Positions 27,559 to 37,127 are shown, numbered from the stretch's first letter. The stretch: 64,000 nucleotides of DNA from an uncultured Oscillibacter sp. (GCA_900770295.1 CAAGJQ010000089.1:31668-95667), one strand, 5' to 3'. Notes: a model not told the origin generated them from the letters alone. A program made the numbers and translations.

Positions 27559-27620
27559 AACAACTTGGGAAAAGGCGCGGAAACAAGCGCTTTCATAAAT
27601 CAAATTGAAGGAGGATCATC

Positions 27621-28187
27621 ATGAGAAGTATTACTACATTGGATCTGCAGTACGCACATCGTTTTTATGGTTTCAAGGGCGAGGCCCAGTATCTGCATGG
27701 GCACACAGGGGTTCTGACCATCGAAGTTGAGGACTCTGTTGAGCCGGGCGTCAATATGGTCTTCCCCTGCAATGAGATCCAGAAAACAGCATGGGAGGTT
27801 CTGAAGAATTTCGATCACGCTCTGATTCTGCGGGAAGACGATCCGCTGCTGCCTGCGATCCTGAAGGTCTACGAAGAGCAGGGCATCAAGGATGGCGCCC
27901 CCACCAACAAGATGAAGGGCCCCGCATTCAAGACCGAGCTCGCAACTGCTTATCCCGATTGCCGTCTGGTCGTAACGAAGGAGACCATGACGGTTGAAGG
28001 CATGATCAAGATCGTCTATGATCTTCTGAAGGACAAGCTGAATATCGCCAAGCTGACTTTCACCAGCGGCGTGAATGCCGCGTCCCAGGAATACAAGCCT
28101 GAAGGCTCCAAAGACCGGTGCCCCCTGTGTGGTATCGCTCTGAACGAAAACGGCGTATGCCCGAAGTGCGGGTACAAGAAGCCGTAA
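27621..28187 (+). CDS. QueD/PTPS-like T-fold protein with a C-terminal zinc ribbon
   Basis: AHR..LHGH, FDHALIL, TVE; C-terminal CPLCG...CPKCG. Confidence 0.8.
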   Translation: MRSITTLDLQYAHRFYGFKGEAQYLHGHTGVLTIEVEDSVEPGVNMVFPCNEIQKTAWEVLKNFDHALILREDDPLLPAILKVYEEQGIKDGAPTNKMKGPAFKTELATAYPDCRLVVTKETMTVEGMIKIVYDLLKDKLNIAKLTFTSGVNAASQEYKPEGSKDRCPLCGIALNENGVCPKCGYKKP

Positions 28188-28203
28188 TTCCCATATGCAA
28201 AAG

Positions 28204-28243
28204 CAGAGCGCCCGAGGAATCCGCAGATTCCTCGGGCGCTCTG
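28204..28243. terminator. 18-bp hairpin between convergent genes
   Basis: CAGAGCGCCCGAGGAATC/GATTCCTCGGGCGCTCTG. Confidence 0.7.
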
Positions 28244-28313
28244 TTCAACAGCAGCTTTTCCGGAACACATGCAATGCTAGCTTATAAGCAGCCCGCAAAC
28301 GCCGGACCTTGTT

Positions 28314-28802
28314 TCATTCGCCCCACCGGACGTCCACGACTGTGCCGCCCTGGAACTCGATATACTCGCTCTTCAGAATGTAATCCGTCTTGCCGATGCG
28401 GACCTCCTGATCACCCACCTTGGTGGTCATGACCTCGCCGGAGGGGGTCTCCGTGGTCGCCGTGAAGTACAGCGTCACATGCTCCCGATCCTCGATCCAC
28501 TCCCCATTGGCATCAAGCACATAATACGGGGCTTTTTCCACGCTCTCGATCTGGCCGCCCACCAGGGCGCCGGACGCCATCAGCGGGGAGGGCAGATGCT
28601 CCTTGCAGTTTTCGTACAGCTCCGCCGGTACTCCTTCCACCCTGACGGTGTAAGTGACCTTGGTCATGGCTGTCTCTCCGATCTCTGTGCCGCCGCGGTT
28701 CATCAGCTTGATACCGGCAAAGACAACCACTGCCAGAATCAAAAGCACGGCAATGATGTCGATGATATTGAATTTTCCGATTTTCTTTGCTTTCTGTTCC
28801 AT
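28314..28802 (-). CDS. DUF4330-like membrane-anchored protein
   Basis: GKFNIIDII N-terminus, one TM segment, GDQEVRIG; GGAGG RBS. Confidence 0.8.
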   Translation of the reverse strand: MEQKAKKIGKFNIIDIIAVLLILAVVVFAGIKLMNRGGTEIGETAMTKVTYTVRVEGVPAELYENCKEHLPSPLMASGALVGGQIESVEKAPYYVLDANGEWIEDREHVTLYFTATTETPSGEVMTTKVGDQEVRIGKTDYILKSEYIEFQGGTVVDVRWGE

Positions 28803-28925
28803 GGTCTCCTCCATACCAGGCGCATGGCGCCTGGATTTTCTCTTGTTCTGGACAATATTCCCGGAGTATTGTATAATATTTTCCGCCATTTCACAAGACC
28901 ATTTTTTACGAAAGGAAGGCTTTTC

Positions 28926-31151
28926 ATGAAAGTCATCCATTTGATCAGCGGCGGTGACTCCGGCGGTGCCAAGACCCATGTGCTGAGTCTGCTGCAAAAT
29001 CTGAACAAGACCATTACCGCCCAGCTGGTGTGCTTTCGGGACGGCCCCTTCGCCGATGAGGCCCGGTCCCTCGGGATCCCCACCATGATCATCGGCGGCA
29101 ACAATGTGCTGCGGGTCCGGCAGCAGCTGACCCGCCATATCCGTCAGGGCGGATATCAGCTCATCCACTGCCATGGCTCCCGGGCCAATATGATCGGCGC
29201 ACTGCTTCGGAAATCCACGGGCCTGCCGGTGGTCAGCACCGTCCACAGCGACTACAAGCTGGACTATATGGGGCGGCCTGTCAGCCGTCTGACCTTCGGC
29301 ACCATCAACGCCTGGGCCTTGCGTCAGCTGGACTACCGCATCGGCGTGTCCGACGCCATGGTGGACCTGCTGATCTCCCGGGGCTTCCCCCCCGACCGGT
29401 TTTACGCCATTTACAACGGTATCGACTTCACTCCCGCACCCGAGCAGGGAGACCGCATCCCCTATCTTCAAAGTCTCGGTGCCGATGTGGACGAGACATC
29501 CGTGGTGGTCGGCATCGCCGCACGCCTGAATCCCGTCAAGGACATGTCTACCCTGATCCGCGGCTTTGCCGCGGGCTACCAGTCCTGCAAGCGGCTGCGG
29601 CTGGTCATCGCCGGCGACGGCGAGGAGCGTGAAAAGCTGGAAGCTCTGGCAAAGGAGTTGGGCGTGGAGAAGCAGGTGACCTTCGCCGGGTGGATCAGCG
29701 GCGGCATGGACCGCTTCTACTCCGCCCTGGATATCAACGCCCTGACCAGTCTCAGCGAGACCTTCCCCTACGCGCTGACCGAGGGGGCCCGGTTCCATCT
29801 GGCCACCGTGGCCACCGCCGTGGGCGGCATCCCCTATCTCATCGATCAGGATGTGAACGGCTATCTCTTCTCCCCCGGGGACTGGGAAGCACTGGGCGCC
29901 CATCTGGCTGCCCTGGGCAATGATGACGAACTGCGCCGGAGCATGGGCGAGAAGCTGTATGAAAAGGCCTCCTCCCAGTTCTCCATCCAGAAGACAGTGG
30001 ATACCCAGCTGCATATTTACGAAGAAATCATCCGCCGCCATAACCGCCCCAGACAGGACCGGGACGGCGTGGTCATCTGCGGCGCCTACGGCCGGGGCAA
30101 TGCCGGTGACGACGCCATTCTGGAGGCCATTTTGCAGGAGATGCGCTCCATCGATCCGGACATGCCGGTGTTGGTTCTGTCCAAGGACCCCAAAAGCACC
30201 CGGCTGACCTACCGGGTCCCCTCCGTCAGCCGGATGAATATTCCCGCCTGGCACAGGGCCATGCGGCATTCCCGGCTCTATATCAACGGCGGCGGCAGCC
30301 TGATTCAGGATGTGACCTCCCGGCGGTCCCTGTGGTTCTATCTCCACAATATCCAGAGCGCCAAAAAGTGCGGCTGCAAGGTGCAGATGTACGGCTGCGG
30401 CATCGGCCCCGTCACCCGTGAGAGCCACCGGAAGCTGGCCGCCAAGGTTCTGAACCAGAATGTGGATATCATCACCCTGCGGGAGCCGGACTCCCAGGCG
30501 GAGCTGAAGGCCATGGGCGTCACCCGGCCGGAGATCCTGCTGACGGCGGACCCGGCCCTGATCCTGCACCGCGCCTCCGACGCGGAGACGGACAGTGTGC
30601 TGCTGCGGGCAGGCATTCCGCCCCACGGCAGGTATATCTGCTTCGCCCTGCGGCGCTGGAAGGGCTTTGAGGAAAAGGCGCCCCTCTTCGGCGCCGCCGC
30701 CAGATACGCCTACGAGACCTACGGCCTGACGCCGGTGTTCGTGGCCGTGGAAAAGCACCTGGACCCCGGCGCCGGCCAGCTGGCCGCCCGCGGTTTGGGC
30801 ATTCCCCACTACTTTCTGGATGACGCCGGCAGCGCCGGCACCATCATCGGCGCCCTGTCCCGGATGGAGGTCGTGGTCTCCATGCGGCTCCACGCGCTGA
30901 TTTTCGCCGCTGGGCAGGGCATTCCTCTGGCGGGCGTGGTATACGACCCCAAGGTCTCCGCCTTTCTGCGGTATATCGGTCAGGATCTGTTCGCTGGTCT
31001 GGACGCTCTGACCGAAGAAAACCTCCGGAGCATGATCGATCAGGCGGTATCCCAGACAGCCCATCCGGAGGCCCAGGCAGCCGCCGTGGAGCGGCTGCAG
31101 GCCATGGAGCAGCGAAACGTGGCAGTCGCCCGGCGGCTGCTGGGCAGATAA
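28926..31151 (+). CDS. csaB: GT4 glycosyltransferase fused to polysaccharide pyruvyl transferase CsaB
   Basis: N half: GGAKTH, ARLNPVKD, SETFPYALTE. C half: GAYGRGNAGDDAIL, GGGSLIQD, LRE, SMRLHALI, YDPKV. Confidence 0.85.
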   Translation: MKVIHLISGGDSGGAKTHVLSLLQNLNKTITAQLVCFRDGPFADEARSLGIPTMIIGGNNVLRVRQQLTRHIRQGGYQLIHCHGSRANMIGALLRKSTGLPVVSTVHSDYKLDYMGRPVSRLTFGTINAWALRQLDYRIGVSDAMVDLLISRGFPPDRFYAIYNGIDFTPAPEQGDRIPYLQSLGADVDETSVVVGIAARLNPVKDMSTLIRGFAAGYQSCKRLRLVIAGDGEEREKLEALAKELGVEKQVTFAGWISGGMDRFYSALDINALTSLSETFPYALTEGARFHLATVATAVGGIPYLIDQDVNGYLFSPGDWEALGAHLAALGNDDELRRSMGEKLYEKASSQFSIQKTVDTQLHIYEEIIRRHNRPRQDRDGVVICGAYGRGNAGDDAILEAILQEMRSIDPDMPVLVLSKDPKSTRLTYRVPSVSRMNIPAWHRAMRHSRLYINGGGSLIQDVTSRRSLWFYLHNIQSAKKCGCKVQMYGCGIGPVTRESHRKLAAKVLNQNVDIITLREPDSQAELKAMGVTRPEILLTADPALILHRASDAETDSVLLRAGIPPHGRYICFALRRWKGFEEKAPLFGAAARYAYETYGLTPVFVAVEKHLDPGAGQLAARGLGIPHYFLDDAGSAGTIIGALSRMEVVVSMRLHALIFAAGQGIPLAGVVYDPKVSAFLRYIGQDLFAGLDALTEENLRSMIDQAVSQTAHPEAQAAAVERLQAMEQRNVAVARRLLGR

Positions 31152-31181
31152 ACATTCTAAGGGCGGCCATATTGGCCGCCC

Positions 31182-31361
31182 TTATTCCTTCAGTCTGCAC
31201 CGCTCCCGCTGGGCGGCAATGGTGGCCAGGGTATCCCCCAGCTGGACCAGGACCGCCCCTGCGAGAGCCAGGTCCTCATCGTTTAGTTGGCTGGCAATGG
31301 ACACCGCCAACGTGTTGACAGCGGTGGTAAAAGCCAGCGGGTCGCAGTCACAGTTCCTCAT
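31182..31361 (-). CDS. 59-aa small protein (DUF6774-like), absent from the supplied ORF track
   Basis: MRNCDCDPLAFTTAVNTLAVSIASQLNDEDLALAGAVLVQLGDTLATIAAQRERCRLKE*; G-rich RBS. Confidence 0.75.
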   Translation of the reverse strand: MRNCDCDPLAFTTAVNTLAVSIASQLNDEDLALAGAVLVQLGDTLATIAAQRERCRLKE

Positions 31362-31403
31362 GACATCCCCCCTGACATCCTATGCGTCAAGAGGTTCGCC
31401 TGT

Positions 31404-32114
31404 TCACCGGCCTTTTTTCGGGCGCTCAGGATGAAGAGGAAACACCGTCAGCTTCTCTCCGCCGTCCCACAGTGCCAGCAGGACATCCTTTTCATCCTTG
31501 TAGCCCTGCCGCAGCAGAGTCCGGCGGACCCATTCCTCCTCTTTCTCCGCCTGTTGGATATTGTCCGCCATCAGTCTGCCGTCCATGACAAACGGAATCT
31601 GGACCTGGGACTGCCTGGGATTCAGATCCAGGTCCGCGGGCGTAGCGGGGCGGTCCTTCTCCCTGGGCAGAAAGCTGACTACGCCGTTGTGCTCCAGCAC
31701 TGCTGTCTGGAGCTGGTTCAGGTCGAACCAGCCGCCGATGCGGCAGTAGGTCAGAAATTCGTTCAGGTCCAGCCGGGCCTTTTTCAGATTGTCCCGGTAG
31801 ATGACGCCGTCCTCCAGCAGTACCAGGGGCTTGCCCGTCACCACGCCTCTGGCTTTCGGGGATTTGTTGGTCAGCACGGAGATGGCCACCGCCGCCACGC
31901 CGTAGGCCACCAGAGCGGTCAGCGGCTTGGCGGGCGCCTCCAGCTCCGTGGCCAGCTCCGCCGCGATGGAGCCGATGGTGATGCCCACCACATAGTCGAA
32001 CATGGTCATCTGGGATACCTGCTTGCTGCCCATCAGCTTCGCCAGCAGGAATAGCACCACAATGGACAGCAGAGAAGTCAGAATCGTCAGGCCGATTTGC
32101 AGTAAAAGTTGCAT
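31404..32114 (-). CDS. DUF421/YetF-family membrane protein
   Basis: KQVSQMTMFDYVVGITIGSIAA, AVLEHNG.VS. Confidence 0.88.
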   Translation of the reverse strand: MQLLLQIGLTILTSLLSIVVLFLLAKLMGSKQVSQMTMFDYVVGITIGSIAAELATELEAPAKPLTALVAYGVAAVAISVLTNKSPKARGVVTGKPLVLLEDGVIYRDNLKKARLDLNEFLTYCRIGGWFDLNQLQTAVLEHNGVVSFLPREKDRPATPADLDLNPRQSQVQIPFVMDGRLMADNIQQAEKEEEWVRRTLLRQGYKDEKDVLLALWDGGEKLTVFPLHPERPKKGR

Positions 32115-32209
32115 AAAAAGTCCCCCATGGCAATGTCGTTTGAGACAGTGTGCCACGGGGGAGCTCTTTTTATTCGGTTTTCCCCGGTTTCGGATATCCG
32201 CAAACCGCG

Positions 32210-33538
32210 TCAGTCCTTTTTCACGCTGCCGGCCACCGGCGGCTCCTCGTGAGGGGCTCCGGCGTGGTGGGCGTTGGTGTGGACATTGATATACTGGGCC
32301 TTCAGCTTGGAGTACAGGATGGTCTGGCTGGAGTACAGGCCGTTGTAGCCGGAGAGCATGTAGCTGATACCGCAGGCCAGAGCAAAGTACAAAAGGCCAC
32401 CATCGCCAAACAGCTCTACGGACAAAAAAATGGAGGCAATGGGGCAGTTGGTGGCGCCGCAGAACACGGCCACCAGTCCCAGCGCGGCTGCAAAACCCGC
32501 CGGAATGCCCAGCAGGGGACCCGCCACGCAGCCGAAGGTCGCCCCCACAAAGAAGGAGGGCACCACCTCGCCGCCCTTGAACCCGGCGGACAGTGTCACA
32601 GCGGTGAACAGCAGCTTCAGCAGGAAGGCCGCCGGGTGGGCGGTGCCCTGCTCCACGGCGGCGGTGACCACCTCCATGCCGGCGCCGTTGTAGTCTGTGG
32701 TGCCGCAGAGATAGGTCAGCGCGATGATGGCAAAGCCGCCCACCGCCACCCGGACCCAGGGATTGGGCAGCCGCTTATGCATCTGGTGCTCCGCGAAGTG
32801 GATGGTGCTGCAAAACAGCACGGAGACCACCGCGCACAGCGCCGCCAGGACCCCTACCCGCAGGAGCATCTCCGCGTCCAGCGCCGGCATCTCCACCTGG
32901 AAGCGGGTGGGCTCCACACCCATCAGCAAAGAGATGCCGTAGGCCACCAGAGAGGCCGTCAGGCAGGGGATGAACGCCGCGTGGTAAAAGACGCCGATGC
33001 TGATGACCACCATGGCAAACACGGTGGCGGCCAGAGGCGTGCCGAACAGCGCCGCGAAAAACGCGGCCATGCCCGCCATGGTGGCGGTCCGCAGGTCCCG
33101 GTCATCCAGATGACACAGCCGGCCCGCGTGATAGCCGATGGTGCCGCCCATCTGGAGGGCGGCGCCCTCCCGTCCGGCGGAGCCGCCGCACAGGTGGGTC
33201 AGGACCGTGCCCAGGAAGATGGCCGGCAGCAGCCAGATGGACAGACCCTTGCCCAGATGGACCTCGTCGATGATGTCATTGGTGCCCTGGCCCTCGGTCT
33301 TTGTCAGCTTGTAAAAGCCCACAATGACCAGGCCCGCCGCCGGCAGGCACCACAGCAGCCACGGGTGTTCCGCCCGCAGGGCCGTGGCATGGTGAACACC
33401 GATATGAAACAGCGAGCCGATGAACCCGCAGAGCACGCCGGTGATGATGGCCAGCGACAGCCACTTGGCCAGCGCCCGCACATACAGGTTCAGGTGCTTG
33501 AACCACGCCCAGAGGCGTTTTCCGTATCCGGTTTCCAC
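32210..33538 (-). CDS. CLC-family anion channel/antiporter (EriC-like)
   Basis: GGSAGREGAALQ, FGTPLAA, GFKGGEVVP, GATNCPIA. Confidence 0.9.
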   Translation of the reverse strand: METGYGKRLWAWFKHLNLYVRALAKWLSLAIITGVLCGFIGSLFHIGVHHATALRAEHPWLLWCLPAAGLVIVGFYKLTKTEGQGTNDIIDEVHLGKGLSIWLLPAIFLGTVLTHLCGGSAGREGAALQMGGTIGYHAGRLCHLDDRDLRTATMAGMAAFFAALFGTPLAATVFAMVVISIGVFYHAAFIPCLTASLVAYGISLLMGVEPTRFQVEMPALDAEMLLRVGVLAALCAVVSVLFCSTIHFAEHQMHKRLPNPWVRVAVGGFAIIALTYLCGTTDYNGAGMEVVTAAVEQGTAHPAAFLLKLLFTAVTLSAGFKGGEVVPSFFVGATFGCVAGPLLGIPAGFAAALGLVAVFCGATNCPIASIFLSVELFGDGGLLYFALACGISYMLSGYNGLYSSQTILYSKLKAQYINVHTNAHHAGAPHEEPPVAGSVKKD

Positions 33539-33550
33539 GTCCGCGCCCCC

Positions 33551-34405
33551 TTACGCCTGCGCCGGAACCGGAACGGCCTTGCCGTCCAGGCGGCTCTCCA
33601 GCAGCTCCGGCTTCTTCAGGTAGCGCTCAAAGGCCGCGAAGAAGCGGGAGTATTCAATGCCGGTGGCGATGCGCTCATCCATCACCACGCCCAGCGGCAG
33701 CTGCTTTTTCCGGCTGCCGGCCGGAGCCAGCGGGTCCAGCGTGGGCTTGCCCATGCAGATGAACACGCTGGTGGTGCCGAACTCATAGCAGTGGTGGTAG
33801 ATATACCGGGTGTTGATGGAGGCCAGATTGGTGACGAACAGGCTGGTATGGAAGGGGCTCAGGTCAATGATCTTCCGGGGCAGAAGGCCGTGAAGGTCCA
33901 GATGATACGCCATCCAGAACACAAAGCGGGCCAGTCCCGGGGTGGAGAACGCCAGGTTGACGAATTTATCCGTGCTGTTGTTATGGGCGGTCTCCTGGTT
34001 CCGGTCCACCAGCTCCTTGATCTTCCGGCTGATGGTGAACACATCGTCCTCCGGCTCCAGAAACACCTTCAGCGCCGTCTCGTCCGGCGTGCCGTCCTCC
34101 CGGGTCTTGAGGATCACAAAGCTGAAGCAGAAGTGATTCCGCTTGTATACCTTGCGGTTCATGATGAAATAGTTCACCTTGGGATTTTCCAGCGCCGCCT
34201 TGTAATAGGCGGCCACCAGAACGCTCATATGGGTCACGTGACGGCCCTCCCGCCGCTTCTGGCGGATAAAGCCCTTCATGATCTCCTCGTCCACGTAGTC
34301 ACTGGCCCAGTTTTGGGCATCGTAGCGCTTCGGCATGATATAGGGCAGCGCCTGTACGATCGGGGTCAGACCTTTGACCCGGGTTCCATCCGGTCTCATG
34401 GGCAT
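33551..34405 (-). CDS. stand-alone 2-oxoacid dehydrogenase acyltransferase-like domain protein
   Basis: TNLASI, MDERIATG (degenerate DHRxxDG). Confidence 0.7.
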   Translation of the reverse strand: MPMRPDGTRVKGLTPIVQALPYIMPKRYDAQNWASDYVDEEIMKGFIRQKRREGRHVTHMSVLVAAYYKAALENPKVNYFIMNRKVYKRNHFCFSFVILKTREDGTPDETALKVFLEPEDDVFTISRKIKELVDRNQETAHNNSTDKFVNLAFSTPGLARFVFWMAYHLDLHGLLPRKIIDLSPFHTSLFVTNLASINTRYIYHHCYEFGTTSVFICMGKPTLDPLAPAGSRKKQLPLGVVMDERIATGIEYSRFFAAFERYLKKPELLESRLDGKAVPVPAQA

Positions 34406-34604
34406 TTCTCCTTACTCTCCTGAACTGGGAACTTTTCCCGTCATTTCACACATATGATTATTATATAAAAAACACGTTCAGATTTCAATGACTTTCTCTG
34501 ACTATCATTTCTGTGGCCGGTTTCCCCGTCCACACGCACCGTCCATTCTGTCATAACAGCCCGCCGGCGCCGGTCCGATCCGGAAAAAACTGTTAAATGG
34601 CCCC

Positions 34605-34694
34605 TTGACATTGGATGGCCGGTCCGCTAAACTGATGTCTGTTCAAAAGGAAGCAATGGCGCTTGCCCAGACGGGCCGCCATTGCTTCCTTTTT
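34605..34694 (+). promoter_or_regulatory. promoter followed by a leader terminator (attenuator)
   Basis: TTGACA-17-TAAACT; 17-bp IR 34645-34661/34677-34693 ending in a T tract, upstream of the ATG at 34734. Confidence 0.65.
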
Positions 34695-34733
34695 GTCTGT
34701 CAAATCATTCTGAAGAAAAGGGGCATCCCCATC

Positions 34734-35960
34734 ATGGAAAGCGAACTGCATATTTCAAAACTGGCCCGGCGGTATCCCGCCTCCGGCATCCGGCGAATGG
34801 CGGCTCTGGCCGCGCGGTATACCGACACGGTCAACCTGACTCTGGGTGAGCCGGACTTTGACACCCCCGCATACATCCGGGAGGCGGCTAAAAAAGCTCT
34901 GGACGGCGGCTTCACCCACTACGCCTCCAACGCCGGCAGGCCGGAGCTGCGGGAGGGCATCGCCCGACGCTGCCGCCGCATCTGGGACGGCTATACAGCG
35001 GAGCATGTCATCGTCACCGTGGGTGCCCTGGAGGCCATGACCCTGGCTTTCATGACGCTGCTGGACCCCGGCGACGAGGTTCTGGTCCCAGACCCCTGCT
35101 TCTCCAATTATTACGGTCAGGCCACCATCGTGGGGGCCGCAGCCGTCCCTGTTCCCACGTGCGAGGAAAACGGCTTCCGCATCCAGGCCGCCGATATCGA
35201 AAAGGCCATCACGCCCCGGACCCGGGGTCTTGTCCTCAACTCCCCCGCCAACCCCACCGGCGCGGTCCTGACCAAAGAGGACATCCTGTCTATTGCCGAG
35301 GTGGTGCAAAAATACGATTTGTGGGTATTTTCCGATGATCCCTACGACGCTCTGGTATTTGACGGCACGGAGTGCTTCAGCATCGCCCAGGTCCCGGAAG
35401 TGCGGAGCAAGGTCATCCTTCTGAACAGCTTTTCCAAGACCTATGCCATGACCGGCTGGCGCATCGGCTACGCCGTCATGTCCGATCCCGCCTATCTGAC
35501 CAGGATGGCTCAATTGCAGGAGGGCGTGGTCTCCTGTGTTCCCACGTTTATCCAGCTGGCCGCGGCGGAAGCCCTCAAGCGCACGGACAGTGTCCGGGAT
35601 ATGGTCGGCGAATACGCCAGGCGGCGGGATATTCTCGTCGGCGGTCTGAACCGAATCCCCGGCTTCCGCTGTGGACAGGTCTCCGGCGGTTTTTATGCTT
35701 TCCCCAACATCAGGGCTTTCGGCAAGTCCTCGCAGGACTTCGCTGAGGAACTGCTGGAAAAAGCCCGGGTCGTGGTCATCCCCGGCACCGCGTTCGGCGC
35801 CATGGGCGAGGGATATCTGCGCTTCGCGTTCGCAAACTCCGAGGAAAACCTGCGGGAGGCCCTGCGCCGGATCGACGGTTATGTGCGCTCCGCCTATCCG
35901 GAGCTGTGCGGCGGAGCGCGGGACCGGGGGCAGTCCCGGGATATGCCTTCCGCAGTGTAG
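34734..35960 (+). CDS. class I/II PLP aminotransferase
   Basis: LGEPDFDTP, NSPANPTG, SFSKTYAMTGWRIGY. Confidence 0.93.
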   Translation: MESELHISKLARRYPASGIRRMAALAARYTDTVNLTLGEPDFDTPAYIREAAKKALDGGFTHYASNAGRPELREGIARRCRRIWDGYTAEHVIVTVGALEAMTLAFMTLLDPGDEVLVPDPCFSNYYGQATIVGAAAVPVPTCEENGFRIQAADIEKAITPRTRGLVLNSPANPTGAVLTKEDILSIAEVVQKYDLWVFSDDPYDALVFDGTECFSIAQVPEVRSKVILLNSFSKTYAMTGWRIGYAVMSDPAYLTRMAQLQEGVVSCVPTFIQLAAAEALKRTDSVRDMVGEYARRRDILVGGLNRIPGFRCGQVSGGFYAFPNIRAFGKSSQDFAEELLEKARVVVIPGTAFGAMGEGYLRFAFANSEENLREALRRIDGYVRSAYPELCGGARDRGQSRDMPSAV

Positions 35961-36072
35961 TTCTTCCACGCTCCCGCTGATAGGAGCCAGGGGGCGGTAC
36001 ATGTTGTACCGCCCCCTGGCTTTTCTCCTGCATCCACAGCCAAAAATGGCACTTTTTCGCGGGCTTTTTCCC

Positions 36073-36738
36073 CTATCTCCAGGTAAAATGTTCCTTACCG
36101 GCACCGATCTCAAAGTGATATTTCACGATGCCCAAATCCACTTTGGAATAAAATCCCATGCCGGCTTCCGCCTTTACCGTGTCCCCTTCCAGTGTCAGCA
36201 GGAATTTCTGCTGGTTCATGGCAGTGGGTGCCAGAAGCGCCGCCCCGGCGCCGGCCCGGAACCAGTCCGGCATGGGCCCCGCCGCCCGGCAGACCTGCTC
36301 CACGGACTTGCTCTTGTGGGGAACGCCGTGGGTCGTTCCATAGCCCAGGGCGATGACGCAGACCAGCTTTTCACCGGGCGCCGCTGTGCAGCGGCTCTTT
36401 CCCCTGCGGAACGTCAGGGCCACCCAGCAGGTGTCCAGCCCCAGCTGTACGGCCTTCAGCGTCAGGCGGGCCCCATAATAGCCCAGTTTTTCATCCAGAT
36501 CCGGCCCCTTGGGTCCCACCAGAGCCAGATAGTTGCGGACACCGCTGAATTTGCCGTAGTCGGCCAGGACGCCCTGAAAGGCGTCCGGCTCATCGGTCAC
36601 CAGTTGGATGTGCAGCCCTCCCTCCGCGTTGCACGCCGCGATCTCCGCCTCCAGCTCCTGAACGGCCGCCTGAGGCAGAGGCCGGTCGGTATACTGCCGG
36701 ACGGAATGGCGGCTGCGGATCGCTTCCAGAAGTTCCAT
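36073..36738 (-). CDS. nitroreductase family protein
   Basis: RHSVRQY, LGLDTCW, APTAMNQQ. Confidence 0.88.
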   Translation of the reverse strand: MELLEAIRSRHSVRQYTDRPLPQAAVQELEAEIAACNAEGGLHIQLVTDEPDAFQGVLADYGKFSGVRNYLALVGPKGPDLDEKLGYYGARLTLKAVQLGLDTCWVALTFRRGKSRCTAAPGEKLVCVIALGYGTTHGVPHKSKSVEQVCRAAGPMPDWFRAGAGAALLAPTAMNQQKFLLTLEGDTVKAEAGMGFYSKVDLGIVKYHFEIGAGKEHFTWR

Positions 36739-36749
36739 TGCAGTTCCTC

Positions 36750-37127
36750 CTATTCTTCCCGAAGATGGGGATAGCCGACAGACGCGGCGTACCTTGTCAC
36801 CGTGTCGATATGCTCCGCCATGGACCGCAGGGCCGCCCACTGGGCCGTGTCCACATTGGCATAGTAGTAGTTGCGGGTCCCCTCCCGGTGGATTCGGATC
36901 AGTTCCGCGTCCTTCAGGATCCGGAGATGATGGGAAACCGCCGGACGGGACAAGTGGGTCCGTTCTGTCAGCTGCCCCACACGCAGGCCGACCTCCTCGC
37001 TCTCCAGCAGAGCCAGGAAGAGCTGCTGCCGGGTCTCATCGCCCAGAGCCGCGAACAGCGGCTGCAGCATCCGGAATTCCCCGGCCAGCGCCGTCCGCAT
37101 CTCCACGCATTCCTGACACGCCTTCAT
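36750..37127 (-). CDS. ArsR/SmtB-family regulator
   Basis: ALGDETRQ, LSRPAVSHHLRILK, REGTRNYY. Confidence 0.9.
   Translation of the reverse strand: MKACQECVEMRTALAGEFRMLQPLFAALGDETRQQLFLALLESEEVGLRVGQLTERTHLSRPAVSHHLRILKDAELIRIHREGTRNYYYANVDTAQWAALRSMAEHIDTVTRYAASVGYPHLREE

Noticed and set aside
27559..27620. preQ1 riboswitch upstream of the queD-like gene
   Set aside because: No preQ1 stem-loop and A-rich tail consensus recognised.
28803..31064. Long antisense ORFs (e.g. most of 28314..31064, 32150..34423, 9683..11887, 15594..17636, 41835..43799)
   Set aside because: Shadow frames of real genes caused by GC-rich codon bias; no recognisable motifs.
34406..34470. Fluoride riboswitch upstream of the CLC operon
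   Set aside because: A GGGAA/TTCCC hairpin is present, but the GATG...CTRATG pseudoknot motifs are missing.
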